Shown here: positions 1-13,295 of the stretch, piece after piece
Layout: each line of letters opens with the position of its first letter
How positions within the stretch are numbered: the stretch's first letter is position 1
Assembly (NCBI RefSeq): GCF_018350175.1
Contig: NC_058368.1
Location: 94,862,001 to 94,926,000 of the forward strand
Source: Felis catus
Taxonomy: Eukaryota
Direction of reading: 5' to 3'
DNA: 64,000 nt
The notes under the pieces: model-generated
What the model was told of the DNA's origin: nothing
Database searches by the model: none
The model's input: the letters and a program-made list of their open reading frames with translations, nothing else
Program-made: the position numbers and the translations under genes

Positions 1-690
1 AGAATTTTCAAAAAGTAAGAAAAATTCTTGAAGGCGGGGAAAGCTTACCTAAAAAGGAACAAAGATAACAGTTGCACCCACCTTACCCTTAGAAGCCACA
101 CAAGCAAGAGAGTGGAGAGAAATATTTGAAGTGTTGAGAGAGAAAGACAAAAATAAAATCACCACACCAATTTAGAATTCTGTGTGCCGTGAAAGTATCT
201 TCAAAAGAGAAAAGGAAAGACTTTCTCAGACAACCAAAAATTAAGGGAATTTGTTGGCAGTGCATCTCCCTTGCAAGAAACGTTAAAATAAGTTCTTCAG
301 AGAGAAGGAAAATGGTTTGGTCAGAAACTTGAATCTACACAAAGAAAGAACATTAAAAAGGAATAAATGAAGGTTAGGAAGCATAAAAATAGGGGCACCT
401 GGGTGGCTCAGTTAAGTGTCCGACTTTGGCTCAGGTCATGATCTCACGGTACGTAAGTTTGAGCCCTGCATTGAGCTTTGTGCTGACAGCTCAGAGCCTG
501 GAGCCTGCTTCGGATTCTGTTGTCTCTCTCTCTGCCCCTCCTCCACTCGTGCGCTGTCTCTGTCTCTCAAAAATAAATAAATGTTAAAAAAACTTTTTAA
601 GCATAAAAATAATACATCTAGAGAAGTAAAGCTAAATGTGACAGCAACCTTCTCAAGAACATGTAAAAATGACATCTTTAAAGTGCAAGA
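1..690 (+). mobile_element. Old L1 fragment (ORF1/inter-ORF-like), interrupted by a SINE
   Basis: A-rich; tagaattctgtg..gaaagtatcttcaaaa...aaagactttctcagacaa...aaattaagggaatttgttggcag resembles L1M ORF1 3' region. Confidence 0.65.
392..598 (+). mobile_element. Carnivore tRNA-SINE (SINEC_Fc type)
   Basis: ggggcacctgggtggctcag head, CT tract, A tail; TSD aagcataaaaata at 379-391 and 599-611. Confidence 0.95.
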
Positions 691-692
691 AG

Positions 693-730
693 AGGGGCAC
701 CTGGCTGGCTCAGTTGATAGAGCATGTGAC
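693..730 (+). mobile_element. 5' half of a short CanSINE (SINEC_c-like) split by an L1 insertion; 3' half at ~2868-2925
   Basis: ggggcacctggctggctcagttgatagagcatgtgac continues as gactcttgatctcagtgttg...gagcccc...gagcctactttaa at 2868. Confidence 0.8.
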
Positions 731-1456
731 AATTTTTTTTTTCAAATTTTTATTTCAGCTCTAGTTAGTTAACATACAGTGTAATATTGATTTTAGGAGT
801 AGAATTGAGTGATTCATCACTTACATATAGCACCCAGTGCTCGTCCCAAGTGCCTTTCTTAGTACCCATCAGCCATGTAGCCCATACCCCACCTCCTCCC
901 TCCATCAACCCTCAGTTTGTTCTCAACATTTAACCATCTCTTATAGTTTGCCTCCCAATTTTTTTCCCTTTGCCTATGTTCATCAGTCTGTTTTGTTTCT
1001 TAAATTCCACATATGAGTGAAATAATATGATATTTGCCTTTCTCTGACCGATTTTGCTTAGCATAATACACTGTAGCCCCATCTACATCATTGTGAATGG
1101 CAAGATTTCATTCTTTTTGATAGCTGCGTAACATTCAATTGTATATATTTTATAATTATTATATTATTTATATTATTTTATATGTCATATTACTTATAAA
1201 TATATTTATATTTATTACATGTAATAATATCATTAATATATTATTTCTAATTATACACACACACACACACACACACACATACCACATCTAATTTACCCAT
1301 TCATCAGTTGATGGATGTTTGGGCTCTCTCCACAGTTTGGCCATTATTGGTAATTCTGCTATAAACATTGGGGTACATGTGGCTATTCGAACTTGTGTTT
1401 TTGTATCCTTTGGGCAAATACTTAGTAGTGCAATTTTTGGGTCTTAGGGTAGTTCT

Positions 1457-1660
1457 ATTTTTTTTAAATGTTTATTTTTGAGGGAGACAGAGCATAAACA
1501 GGGGAAGGGCAGAGAGACAGAGAGACACAGAATCTGAAGCAGGCTCCAGGCTCCAAGCTGTCATCCCAGAGCCCGACGCGGGGCTCAAACCCACAAACTG
1601 CGAGATCATGACCTGAGCTGAGGTCAGACAGTTAACCGACTGAGCCACTGAGGTGCCCCT
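1457..1660 (-). mobile_element. SINEC_Fc-type SINE nested in L1
   Basis: Reverse SINE; TSD gggtagttctattttt on both sides. Confidence 0.93.
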
Positions 1661-1837
1661 TGGGGTAGTTCTATTTTTAACTTTTTGAGGAACCTCCATA
1701 CTGTTTTCCAGAGTGGCTACACCAGTTTGCATTCCTACCAAGAGTGTAAAATGGTTCCCCTTTTTCCACATCCTCACCAACTTCTTGTTTCCTGTGTTAA
1801 TTTTAGCCATTCTGACAGGTTGACAGTCCCATTGTGG

Positions 1838-2052
1838 GTTTTTGTTTTTGTTTTTGTTTATTGTTTTTATTTTGAGAGAGAGGGTGCATGAACTGGGGAA
1901 AGCCAGAGAGAAAGGGAGAGAGAGAATCCCAAGTAGGCTCTGGGCTGTCCACATGGAGCCGGACCCAGGACTCCATCCCATGATGGTGAGATCATGACGT
2001 GAGCCAAAATCAAGAGTCTGACGCTTAACTGACTGAGCCACCCAGGTGCCCT
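1838..2052 (-). mobile_element. CanSINE nested in L1
   Basis: Reverse SINE; flanks cattgtgg(g)tttt. Confidence 0.9.
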
Positions 2053-3154
2053 GCATTGTGGTTTTGATTTGTATTTCCCTGATGATGAGTGATGTTGAGT
2101 ATCTTTTCCTGTGCCTGTTAGCCTTCTGTATGTCTTCTTTGGAGAAATGTCTATTATGTCTTCTGCCCATTTCTTAACTGGACTATTTGTTTTTGGGGTG
2201 TTGAGTTGATTAGTTTTTTATAGTTTTGGATGCTAACCCTTTATCAGATACGTGTTTTGCAAATACCTTCTCTCATTCCGTAGACTTTTAGTTTTGTTGA
2301 TTGTTTCCTTTGCCGTACAGAAGCTTTTTATCTTGATGAAGCCCCAGTAGGTCATGTTTGCTTTTGTTTCCCTGGCCTCCGGCAACATGTCTAGTAAGAA
2401 GTTGCTGCAGCCAAGGTCAAAGAGGTTGATGCCTGTTTTTTCCTCTAGGGGTGTGATGGTTTCCAGTCTCGCATTGAGGTCTTTCCTCCATTTTGAGTTT
2501 AGTTTTGTGCCTGGGGTAAGAAAGTGGTCCAGGTTCATTCTTCATGTCGCTGTCCCAGCTCCACTTGCTGAAGAGACTGTCTTTATTCCATTGGATATTC
2601 TCTCCTGCTTTGTTGAAGATGAGTTGACCATATAGTTGTGGGTCCATTTCTGGGTTTCCTCTTCTGTTGCATTGATCTATGTGTCTGTTTTTGTGTCACT
2701 ACCATACTTTCTTGATGACTACAGCTTTGTAATATAGCTTGAAATCCAGAATCTTGATACCTCTAGCTTTGCTTTTCTTTTTCAGGATTGCTTTGGCTAT
2801 TCAGGGTCTTTTGTGCTTCCATACAAATTTTAGGATTGTTTGTTCTAGCTCTGTGAAAAGTGCTGGCGACTCTTGATCTCAGTGTTGTATTGGAGCCCCA
2901 AATGGGCATGGAGCCTACTTTAAGATGAATGAATGAATGAATGAATGAACAAATAAACAGAGGAGAAGAAGGAGAGAGCTAAACCTAAGTTTTTTTCTTG
3001 CTGGAAGTCCAGTTGTTAATAATTTACCAACACAGAATGCCAGAGCATTCTGTTCTTACCAAGGGCTGCACTTAAACAGGGAAAACAAGCCCTTTCATAC
3101 TATTATTGTTTTGAATATAAAGCAGCACAATATCCATGTGGAATTTTGTTAATA

Positions 3155-3870
3155 CAGTAAAACCTTGGTTTGTCAGCATAATTCATTCCGGAAACATGCT
3201 TGTAATCCAAAGCACTACTATACCAAAGTGAATTTCCCCATAAGAAATAATGGAAACTGAGATGATTCGTTCCACAACCCAAGAATATTCATATAAAAAT
3301 GATTACAATACTGTAACATAATACAAAATAATAAAGAAAATATAAAATATAAAGACCTACACTTACCTTTGAAAACCTTCGTGGCTGGTGTGAGGGAGAC
3401 AAGAAAGAGGGGGGTTATTGTGGAGACTGACTTTTCATGATCACTAACGGAATCACTGCTATCTATTGGCTCAATGGAATCTTTTTTTTTTTTTTTTCAT
3501 ACAACTTTAACAAGGAACCTGTCCAATGACCTAGAATGAAGCAAAGCATTCCTAAGCTTGCTCTTGGGTGGAAAAGCAAAGGACTGTCCATACTGCTTTG
3601 AAGTGACAAAAAATACACTTGTGCTAGTTGTGGGCACCTTCTAACGTTCTGAAAAATCACTGATATTTGCCAAACACCGCAGCCTGAGACTGAGCATCTG
3701 AGCGTGGGAGACCATCACCCACAATCCCCCAGTGAGAGAGAGAAGAACCATTGGCTCAGTTGTGATCACGTGACATTCGGCATCATGTACTACTTGTATT
3801 GCAAGACATCGTTCGTTTGTCAAGTTAAAATGTGTTAGAAATATTTGTTCATCTTGCAGAACACTCGCAG
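3155..3870. mobile_element. Non-autonomous Tc1/mariner (Tigger/pogo-like) DNA element, long form, lacking one terminal repeat
   Basis: Begins TA|cagtaaaaccttggtttg; both end segments are homologous (inverted) to the TIR-bounded element at 21161-21409; second TIR absent. Confidence 0.8.
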
Positions 3871-3924
3871 AGTGTTCTGCTTTTAAGAACATGGTCTGCA
3901 TATTTCTGTACACATGTGAAATGG

Positions 3925-3927
<3 letters not shown>

Positions 3928-3955
<28 letters not shown>

Positions 3956-3995
3956 CTTTTCTTTTCTTTTCTTTTCTTTTCTTTTCTTTTTTCTT
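3928..3995. repeat. (CTTTT)n microsatellite
   Basis: Direct reading. Confidence 0.95.
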
Positions 3996-4055
3996 CTCTT
4001 TGGTAATCACACAAATGTCCATCAATAGACAATTGGTTTAAAAATTTGTAATACA

Positions 4056-4246
4056 AGGATGCCTGGAGGGCTCAGTCCATTAAGCATCAGACTCTTGATT
4101 TTCGGCACAGGCCATGATCTCACAGTTTGTGGGATTGAGCCCCACGTTGGCTCTTGCACTGACAGCATGGAGCATGCTTGGGATTCTCTCTCTCCCCCGC
4201 CTTTCTCTGCCTCTCCCCACCTGTCAAAATAAATAACTTAAAAAAA
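4056..4246 (+). mobile_element. CanSINE
   Basis: SINE head, CT tract, A tail. Confidence 0.9.
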
Positions 4247-5111
4247 TTGTAGGTCATTTTATACAGTGAATGCCAGGCAGCTGTTAAAATAGATGAGAGC
4301 ATCCTTCATGTGCTAACGTGAAATGAGGTCTATGCAATAAGTATCATGTATCTTTCTCTAAAGCAGTGTGGTGACATGAGCAGATTTTTTTTTTAAGTTT
4401 TTAATGTAGCAATTACAGTTTGGGGTATATATCTTGAGAAAATTAAGCAGAAGTAAAAACAAAGATTTATATACAAGATGGTCATCATGGTGTTACTTAG
4501 AACAGTGAAAGATTAGAGATAGGTATTTGCTGACATGGAAAGAGTTCAATAAATTGAGTTCAGCCATACAAATGAAGGAATAGCCCTTAAAAATAATGTG
4601 TTAAAACGATGCAAAGTGTCATAACTATTATAACCCTAATTTTGCTAAAAACCTATGTGTACACATTCACATGCTCACATCGTATTACGTACAAACACAA
4701 GAACAAATACACAACACGTTAAGAGGATTATTTCTGGATAACTCAGTATCCTGGAATTGTGCGCTCTCTTCTTGATAAGATTTTCCATATCTTCTGGATC
4801 ACATATATTTTATAAATTTTCTATGATTGGCATGTATTTTTTTTAAGTCAGCTTAAAGGGCGTTTAGAAAAATTCAAATCTTTAATGCCTTACAACATTT
4901 TAAACATAAAGAAATCCTTTGCATCCTACTGTACGGTTCCCCCCACAGTCACTGTGTGCATTGTTACCAAATAAAGCATGTGGAGCTATAAAGCATCTCA
5001 TCCATAAAAATGAAGACAGAAATACAAATATACCCACTCTTACCCAAATTTTGTTGTAAAAATTAGGGCTTCCAGAAGGAGAAGAGTCCTGTGGTCAAAT
5101 TAAGAAATATT

Positions 5112-5320
5112 GGGGCTCCTGGGTGGTTCAGTCAGCTAAGCATCCAACTTCGGTTCAGGCCATGATCTCCCGGTTCATGGGTTCGAGCCCCACATTGGAC
5201 AGCTCAGAGCCTGGAGCCTGCTTCAGATTCTGTGTCTCCCTCTCTCTCTGCCTCTCCCGTGCTTGCACTCTGTCTCTCTCTGTCTGTCAAAAAGAAATAA
5301 ATGTTTAAAAAAATGAAAAA
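5112..5320 (+). mobile_element. SINEC_Fc-type SINE
   Basis: Head plus gacagctcagagcctggagcctgcttc motif. Confidence 0.92.
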
Positions 5321-6104
5321 TATATTAAAGCAACATTTCATATCTTCCTCATGGAGATATGTAATTCATATTACCATATAACATGTCAGAGCGATCCTGT
5401 AGTAAGGAATATTGTGTGACTGTTTAGTTTATAGTTTCTTTTTCTTCCTCCCTCCCCCCCCCACCCCCAACTATCTAAATGTGACCTAGTGTTCCAAAGA
5501 ACAGAGTTTAGAGCATGATAAGCTCAGGACCTTTGAGACTCCTTTCTCTAATCTCTAACATTTTTTGGCACTGTGGCATCGGCTTGCTCTGATATCGGTG
5601 ACAGCCAAGTGTAACTCTCCTGTCTCCCCCAAGTCAGGAAATCACACCTGGTCACTTCATTGTCCTGACACCCCCACCCAGCCACAGGGTTTACCTGCAT
5701 ATTATCACTCCTGTTCATCAGCTTATCAGAAGGAAAGGACCAGAAAATACTTGGACTCCTGTTAAAACACCATGCATTGTGTTTCTGCTGGGATGAAAAA
5801 TGATTATTAGCATATAGTTTTTTCCATTTTCTAGCATTTCCATTGCCTTCCATGGAAGAAGGATCTTGTTTTTCAGTTTCCTCTGCTCAGTTTTTTCTCT
5901 CTCCTTTGCCCTCCAAGGAAATCTGCCATTTTTAGAGGTAGTCTCTGAGCTTCAGTTGCAGATTTAGAAGAAAAGGGGAAAGATAAGGGGTAACAGGCAA
6001 ACTGTAGGGAGGAAATTTGAGAGAGAAATACAAGGGGGAAGGATATGGAATATATGAGAGAAGTAGAATGAAGAGAGAAGTGGAATTTTAAGAATTGTTC
6101 TTTT

Positions 6105-6320
6105 GGGGGTCACCTGGGTGGCTGGGTCGGTTAAATGTCCAACATCGGCTCAGGTCATGATCTTGCGGTCTGTGAGTTCAAGCCCCACGTCGGGCTCTGT
6201 GCTGACAGCTCAGAGCCTGGAGCCTGCTTCGGATTCTGTGTCTCCCTCTCTCTCTGCCCCCCCCCCCCCCCGCTTATTTCCTCCCCCCCATAAATAAGCA
6301 AATAAAAACTTTTTTTAAAA
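6105..6320 (+). mobile_element. SINEC_Fc-type SINE with poly-C run
   Basis: Typical body; C-run at ~6257-6271. Confidence 0.92.
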
Positions 6321-7094
6321 TGATATAGAAAGAAATGTGTGAGGAAGGAAACAAGGAAGGAAGGAAGGGAGGAAGGAGAGTTACCTTGAAAATTCTGTTC
6401 CAGTCTCTAGACTGAAGTTGTTTGACCATAATAACACAGCTCTTAGATGGGTTGTGGATTCACCTTCCGTAATGCAACAGGTTTCAATCTGCATTCTCTA
6501 AAGCCCGCCCACTGTTAAGTAGAAGACTTTACAGGCTTGGAAAAAACTGCTGAGATACTGCCAGTCATTCAGTTTCTTTGATTAGAAAGGTGAGAGGAAG
6601 TGAGCAGATTCTGGAGCATAAAGAGAGAAAATACTTTCAGCCTTGAAATTAATATCTTTGTCACTCAGGTAACTGCATCCTAACCAGAAAATGTGGTTTG
6701 AGAGACTCTGAATAATCCTGCATCCTAAAGACCGCTTTCTGTCCTGAAAGGAAATGTAACCAGCATGATGAACTTTCCACGGGACAAACTAATGAAGGAG
6801 GAGAAAGCAGAGCAAAGTCAAGGCTGAACAGAGGAAATGCAATACGTAGGGATCCAGATAGCCTGCCAGACAGTCATAGTTCAGAAGCACAGTTTGGAAA
6901 GAAACGCAGAGAATAATGCTCAGAGCATCAAAGAAGGGAAATATTAACAAAACTCAGGGCTAAAAAGCATGCTGCCAATGAATTGGCACTTTTATAAAAT
7001 TGATGTGATGAAGGGACTGTGAATTGGCAAAACTTTCAGGAGGGCAATTTGGCAATATGTATCAAAATCTAAAATTTTCAATGTATACACTCTT

Positions 7095-7170
<76 letters not shown>

Positions 7171-7321
7171 TTAAGCAGGCTCCACTCTTGAAGCCGAGCC
7201 CGACATGGGGCTTGACGCAGAGCTCAACATGGAGCTAGACATGGGGGTAGTACCCTGGGACCATGACCTGAGCTTAAATCAAGACTCGGATTCTCAACTA
7301 ACTAACCATCCAGGTGACCCT
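7095..7321 (-). mobile_element. CanSINE with compound (TG)n(GA)n microsatellite
   Basis: Reverse SINE head near 7321; (TG)n(AG)n at 7095-7168. Confidence 0.85.
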
Positions 7322-7554
7322 GAACATGTAGAGTATTGACATGGCAGTTCTCTTTGCAGGTATTTATTCTGAGGACATAGGTAAATAAGTACATAAAGAT
7401 GTATGACAAGGAATTGTTTTAACTTATTTTTATATAATAGCAAAACAGACTTTGAATAATTTAATAACCCATGAGTATGTGGCTTGATTTAATACATTAA
7501 GTAGAATACAGTGAAGTGCTATGTACTACACAGCTCTTACAAGCATAGGCTTCA

Positions 7555-7764
7555 GGGATGCCCGGGTGGCTTAGTCAGTTAAGCTCTTGATTTCAGCTTA
7601 GGTCATGATCTCACAGTTCACGGGTTCAAGCCCCACCTCAGACTCCACACTAACAGTGCGGAGCCTGCTTGGGATTCTCTCTTCCTCTCTCTCCCTGCCC
7701 CTCCTTCCCTCCCTCTCTGCCCCTCCCAAACCCTCAAAATAAATAAATAAACTTAAAAAAAATT
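7555..7764 (+). mobile_element. CanSINE
   Basis: Typical head, body and tail. Confidence 0.9.
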
Positions 7765-7769
7765 AAGCA

Positions 7770-8010
7770 GAGTCTTGGGAGTCAGTCTGTCAGAATTCAA
7801 ATCTGGCCCTACCACTTATCACCTGTGTGATTCTGATCACATTATTTAATATCTTTTCTGCCTATTTTTCCTAATCGAGAAAATGTTTTACAATCTCTAC
7901 AATAGCTTCATAACCTATTAAAATTTATTTCAGAAAGTTGTTCCAAAGATTCAATGAATTAATTACATTGAAAGTCCATGCACGTAGTAAGTCCTCAGTA
8001 AGTGTTAGAT
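7770..8010 (+). mobile_element. MIR fragment
   Basis: ggagtcag..ttcaaatctggccctaccactta...tgtga...ttaat..tctg cct.ttt MIR core. Confidence 0.7.
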
Positions 8011-8344
8011 ATGGTTCTTATCCAAGCATTATAAATGGTGAGATCTATATTAACATGGAAAATGATCCTATTGGGCAAAAGTTACTAGCTAGTAACATAG
8101 GTTTATATAGAATAATGTTGATGTATGCATACAAAGAATTCTGAAAAGAAGTTTACTATAACTTTAATTTTAATAATATACCTCTGATAATGGTATCTCA
8201 GATTACTTTTATAATTTATGCTTTGACATTTGTTATTAACATGTGATATAATAATAACTCCTGAAATGCTTAGGTAGGAAATTTCGATTAGCTTTTCTTC
8301 TTGGAAAAATCAAAACTCCAGATGAAATATAAAAATTACAATTA

Positions 8345-8551
8345 AAAATTTTTTTAAGTTTATTTATTTATTTTGAGAGACAGAACGAATGGGGGAGGGG
8401 CAGAGAGAGGGCCAAAGAAAGAGAATCCCAGGCAGGCTCTGCACTGTCAGCACAGAGCCAGAGCGGGATTCAGACCCACCAAACCGTGAGATCATGACCT
8501 GAGCTGAAATCAAGAGTCAGATACTGAACCGACTGAGCCCCCCAGGCACCT
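8345..8551 (-). mobile_element. CanSINE
   Basis: Reverse SINE; TSD aaaattacaatt. Confidence 0.9.
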
Positions 8552-8999
8552 CAAAATTACAATTTTAAAGTGCTATGGAGCCTAGTTGTTAGGGAAGAAT
8601 TACCAAGGCGAAATCTTGGAAATGTGAGTTACTCACTCAAAGCAACTTTTACTCTGAGGGCATTAGCTACTATGGAAGAAACAACTGCTGTCTGAGCTGT
8701 AGTTATGAGGACCTCTTTTGTGACAGGGGAAACAGAAATTAAAGCCAAGGATTTGCAGCTCAAAATGTAAGTCTGATACCCATTCTTCCATATACCTATT
8801 AAGCTGGTACCTGGTTGGTTTCATCCTCAAAATGATGAATCAAAAGTGATTCCTTCTTTATTCAGTTTCTCTTCATTCCTCCTCATCCTTCCCTTTCCCC
8901 TCCTCCTTCTCCTCCTTTTCTTCCTTTTCTTTTTCTCCCCTCCTCCTCCTTCTCTTCCTCCTTCTTCTTCCTCTCCCTCCCCGCCCCCCCCAGCCTTGC

Positions 9000-10430
9000 A
9001 GCCTGAGTTAACATCACCTTAGTCCAAAACAACTTCCAGCCCTGAACTGGATTAAGGTGATCCCAGACTGGTGATGAGCAAAGAAAACAAAAGTCCTTTC
9101 TGAAGGAAGGTAACTATCTTTGTTAGCTTTGAATTATTTCTAAAAACATCTTACTTTTAAGTACAGTGGCCAGCATGCATTCAAGGAAAACTAAACATAC
9201 AAGGAAATAAGACACTTTGAGCAAGAACCAGCTCAAAGATATAACATAAACAGATTTTAAAAGATCAGAATTATCATATACAGACTATAAAACTCTTATT
9301 AAGGTCAATTTTATCAGCAAAAAATTGGAAAATATGAAAAGTAATATAGCATATGTTTAAAAAAGAGCCAAATAGAATGTCTAGAATTAAAAATGATATA
9401 ATTTAAATTAAGAATTCAGTAAATCAGATTATTAGCACATTAGATCAGACTGAAGAGAGAATTAGTAAATTGGAAAATAGATCAAAAGAAATTCTCTCAA
9501 CCACAGCACAGAAAGAACAAAAAACAAATTAATTAAAGAAAGGAAAAATACAGGAGAGGATGAGAAACACAAGTGATAGTGTAAGAAGACTTAAAATAAG
9601 TTTAAAAACAGTTCCAAAAGAAGAGGGAAAGAATGGAATAGAGGCAAATTAAAAGAGATGATTGCTGATAAATTTCTAGAACTAAAACCACAGATTTAAG
9701 GGACCCGCCATATGCCAAACAGTGTAAACAGAGAGAAATGCACCCCTTCAATGATGCACAGAAAACCAAACCAAAGAGAAAATCACAAAGCAGGTACAGA
9801 AAAAAAGGTTATCAACAAAAGAATAGCTACTAGAGTGACAGCTGGCTTCTCAACAATTACATGGAAGCTAATGACCAGTAAAGTGATGAGGTCCATATGT
9901 TGAAAGAATAAAATTCTACCAGCATAGAATTCTATACCCACGCAAATAGTCTTCAAGAGTAAGAAGAAATAGGGGCACCTGGGTGGCCCAGTCGGGTGGG
10001 TGTCCAACTTTGGCTCAGGTCATGATCTCATGGCTCGTGGGTTTGGGCTCCACATAGGGCTCTGTGCTTACAGCTGGGAGCTTGGAGCCTCCTTCGGATT
10101 CTGTGTCTCCCTCTCTGTGCCCCTCCCCTGCTCGTGCTCTCTCTCTGTCTCTCTCTCAAAAATAAGTAAACATTAAAAAAATTTTTTTAAGAGTAAGAAG
10201 AAATAAAATATACAAAAATAAAATGTAGAATCATAACAAAAAGATGGAGAGATTTTTCCACTGATAGACTCACATCAAAGAAAATTCTAAAGCATGTACT
10301 TTAGGCAGGAAGATAGTGATTCCAGATGGAACGTGTAAAATGGAAGGAATAAAGTGAGAATAAAATGGAAAATATGCAGGTAAGCCTAAATGAACTTTGA
10401 TTGTATAAACAGTGATAATAATTTGTGGGA
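9000..10430 (+). mobile_element. Ancient L1M fragment (ORF1 region), interrupted by a SINE
   Basis: A-rich; ctgaagagagaattagtaaattggaaaatagatcaaaagaa and tagaattctataccca.. motifs of L1 ORF1. Confidence 0.7.
9972..10188 (+). mobile_element. SINEC_Fc-type SINE
   Basis: TSD aagagtaagaagaaata. Confidence 0.93.
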
Positions 10431-10437
10431 CGGGTGG

Positions 10438-10662
10438 ATTTATTTATTTATTTATTTATTTATTTATTTTGAGAGAGAGAGAGAGCAAGCATATGCATGA
10501 TAAAGGGGAGGGACAGAGAGAAAGGGAGAGAGAGAGAATCCCAAGCAGCTCCTCACTCAAGTGTGGAGCCCAACTTGGGGCTTGATCCCATGACCACGAG
10601 GTCATGACCTGAGCCGAAATTAAGAGTCAGATGCTTAACCGACTGAGCCACCCAGGTATCCC
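10438..10662 (-). mobile_element. CanSINE
   Basis: Reverse SINE with (TTTA)n tail. Confidence 0.92.
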
Positions 10663-10695
10663 TGTGGGGGGTTTTATAATACAACTTTAAAATAC

Positions 10696-10697
<2 letters not shown>

Positions 10698-10745
<48 letters not shown>
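10698..10745. repeat. (TG)n microsatellite
   Basis: Direct reading. Confidence 0.97.
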
Positions 10746-10746
<1 letters not shown>

Positions 10747-11107
10747 TGCACATATAATGAACAACTGGAGATTTTAAAACATTCTTGTCTTGGGCTCTGG
10801 AACAATGTGATATGAATGTCACCTGTAAGTGTGAGAAGAATAGTCACAGGAAAGTTGTCTGAGGGACACTTTGGGCCATAGCAATCTTAAGCAGTGTATT
10901 TTGAAAAAGATTCTGGTTAAGGAAGGTATAGTGGGCATCATTTTTTTTGGCCTGTAATCACCCTTCTTTTCATCTTGAAACAACACCCCCCCTTTTCTTT
11001 GGAGGAATTTACCTTCCATTCCTTCCACATCCTTTTATCGGTACTTTCAATCATAATACCCAATAGTCATGGAAATGGGCACAAAACCTGATTGTCTTGA
11101 TTACCGA

Positions 11108-11447
11108 GTATCTACTCTGTTCGGGCTGCTAAAAATACCACAGACTGGATGGCTTATAAACAATAGAAATTCATGTCTCACAATTCTAGAGGCTGGAAGC
11201 CTGAGATCAGGGTGCTGGTGGGGGGGGGCAAGTAAGAGCACTCTTCCAGGCTGCAGACTTCTCGTTGTGTCCTCACGTGGTGGGAGGAGCTAGGGAATCT
11301 CTCTGGATCCTCTTTGATAAGGCAACAATCCTCCTTCATGAACTAACCACCTCCCAAAGTCGCCATCTACTAATACCATCACTTTGGGGGGTTAGAATTT
11401 CAACATGTGAACTGGGGAGAAGGGGACTCAAACATGCAGACCCTAGC
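11108..11447. mobile_element. MaLR solo LTR (MLT1A/B-like), possibly nested in an older MLT1 LTR (~10920-11700)
   Basis: gggctgcta..aaataccacagactggatggcttataaacaatagaaatt..tctcacaattctagaggctggaag..gagatcagggtgc, a hallmark of MLT1. Confidence 0.8.
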
Positions 11448-11852
11448 ACGAGGCCAGGTCACTCAGAATCCTTGTCTAGGATTGTGTGTGTGTGCACATA
11501 CACTGTAGAAAGAGATTAATCCCTCTCTCATGACAGGCTGTATGTTGTGCGAGTGGCTCATGGCCAGTTTCCAACCAAGTGAAGGAAGCTAACCTTAGGA
11601 AAATGGACTGGACACCAGAGGAGGTTGGAGAGGAGATTGGAAACGGAAGAATCTGGAAGTAGTCAGGTCCTTTGTTGCATTAGTCCTGAGGCTCGACTCC
11701 TTCCTTTCCTTTCTCTTCTCTTCAAAATATTTACCTTTTTGCCGTACCCAGTTCCATTACAAATTGTTCAAGCAAGTACAGAGGGGAGCAGCAGGGCAGG
11801 CAAGAAGACTGTGTCTGAGGGCGTGGCTGGGCTATTAAAAGTAAGCTGCATA

Positions 11853-12020
11853 GGGGCACCTGGGTGGCTCAGTCAGTTAAGCAGCCAGCTTTGGTTCAGG
11901 TCGTGATCTCATGGTTTGTGAGGTCAAGGCCCACAATGGACTCCATGCTGACCGCTCAGAGCCTGGAGCCTGCTTCAGATTCTGTGTCTCCCCCTCTCTC
12001 TGCCCCTCCTCTGCTTGTGT

Positions 12021-12073
<53 letters not shown>

Positions 12074-12102
12074 AATAAACATTAAAAAAAAATTCTTTTT
12101 TT
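11853..12102 (+). mobile_element. SINEC_Fc-type SINE with expanded (CT)n
   Basis: TSD aagtaagctgc. Confidence 0.93.
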
Positions 12103-12517
12103 AAGTAAGCTGCCTAACAGAGCAGAAGACACGGAGGGGAGGCAGGCAATGTTCTTAACCACAAAGGGAACAAAGTTGTTCAGCAACTGACTGGAGTTGG
12201 TTGGAGGCCCATTGCTGGGTCATTGGGTTTTGTCTTGTTATGTTTGGGCGGGGGGGACGGTGCCACCTACATTTCATGGGTGGGGGCAGGAGAAACAGGG
12301 GCCTATAGACATTACACAGAACTCTCAATGCTGAAGCTATAAGTGATCTGTGGATAGTTAGGGAGAAGCAAGCGATCTGGATTTTAAAACATAAGGTTTT
12401 CTGAGATGATTCCTTGAAAAGCGTAAATAAGTTCAGAAGCTGTGAATTATTAGTTACTAAAGTCTTGTTAGATACCCATGTTTACTCACTTCTTAGAGAT
12501 TAAAATTAGGATGCACC

Positions 12518-12741
12518 GGTGCTCCTGGGTGGCTCAGTTGGTTGAGCGTCCAACTCATGGTTTCGGCTCAGGTCCCAATCTCATGATTTGTGGGATCAAG
12601 CCCTGCATTGGGCTCTGCAGTGACAGCATGGAGCCTGCTTAGGATTCTCTTTCTCCCTCTCTCTCTGCCCCTTCCCCACTTGTGGATGCATACACACACT
12701 CTCTCTGTCTCTCTCTCAAAATAAATACATAACTTAAAAAA
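12518..12741 (+). mobile_element. CanSINE
   Basis: Typical head, body and tail. Confidence 0.9.
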
Positions 12742-13295
12742 CTAGCATGTGTTTCTGCTACCATTGTTAGGAAGAGTTGGCCTGTCTAGAGAATGTTGCA
12801 CTAGTTGGGAGTAAAGGAGAGCTAAATGTCACGTTCTCTTGGTGGCAGCCGCTCAGTCTGCAGGCGTATTGCCCGTGTCGGGGATCTGATAGGGACTTTG
12901 CTCACAGACTTAACTGCTGAGACATGGTATTCATGCCTTGGCTTTGTCACTCAATTGTTTCTCCCCTCATACACGTAACCCTCTGCCTCCCCCTGCCAGT
13001 TTAGGGTGGTATTATATTGTAGTTTTTAAGAACAAAGACGTCCTGCCTTCCAGACGGTTTCTGTTGAGGAGTATTTCCTTGTAACACATGCTGCTGTCCT
13101 ACGTGTTGCCAGACACATGTTCTACTACAGGTAACACTCAACAAGATGTAGACAGAATTAAAGGCCAGGTCAGAAACCATCCTGGAGGGCCAGATGGGAG
13201 ACTGGCTGTATGGAGGCCATCAGGAGGAGAGGCTATATTTCATGCCTCAGGGCTCACCTTTTCCTCACCCAGGAGGAGGGACCAGAACAGGCTCC

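Larger units (their letters stand above)
731..2867 (-). mobile_element. 5'-truncated carnivore L1 (ORF2 C-terminus + 3'UTR + poly(A))
   Basis: Minus-strand ORF2 remnants [82 protein letters not shown]-run at ~733; broken by frameshifts and two SINEs. Confidence 0.93.
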
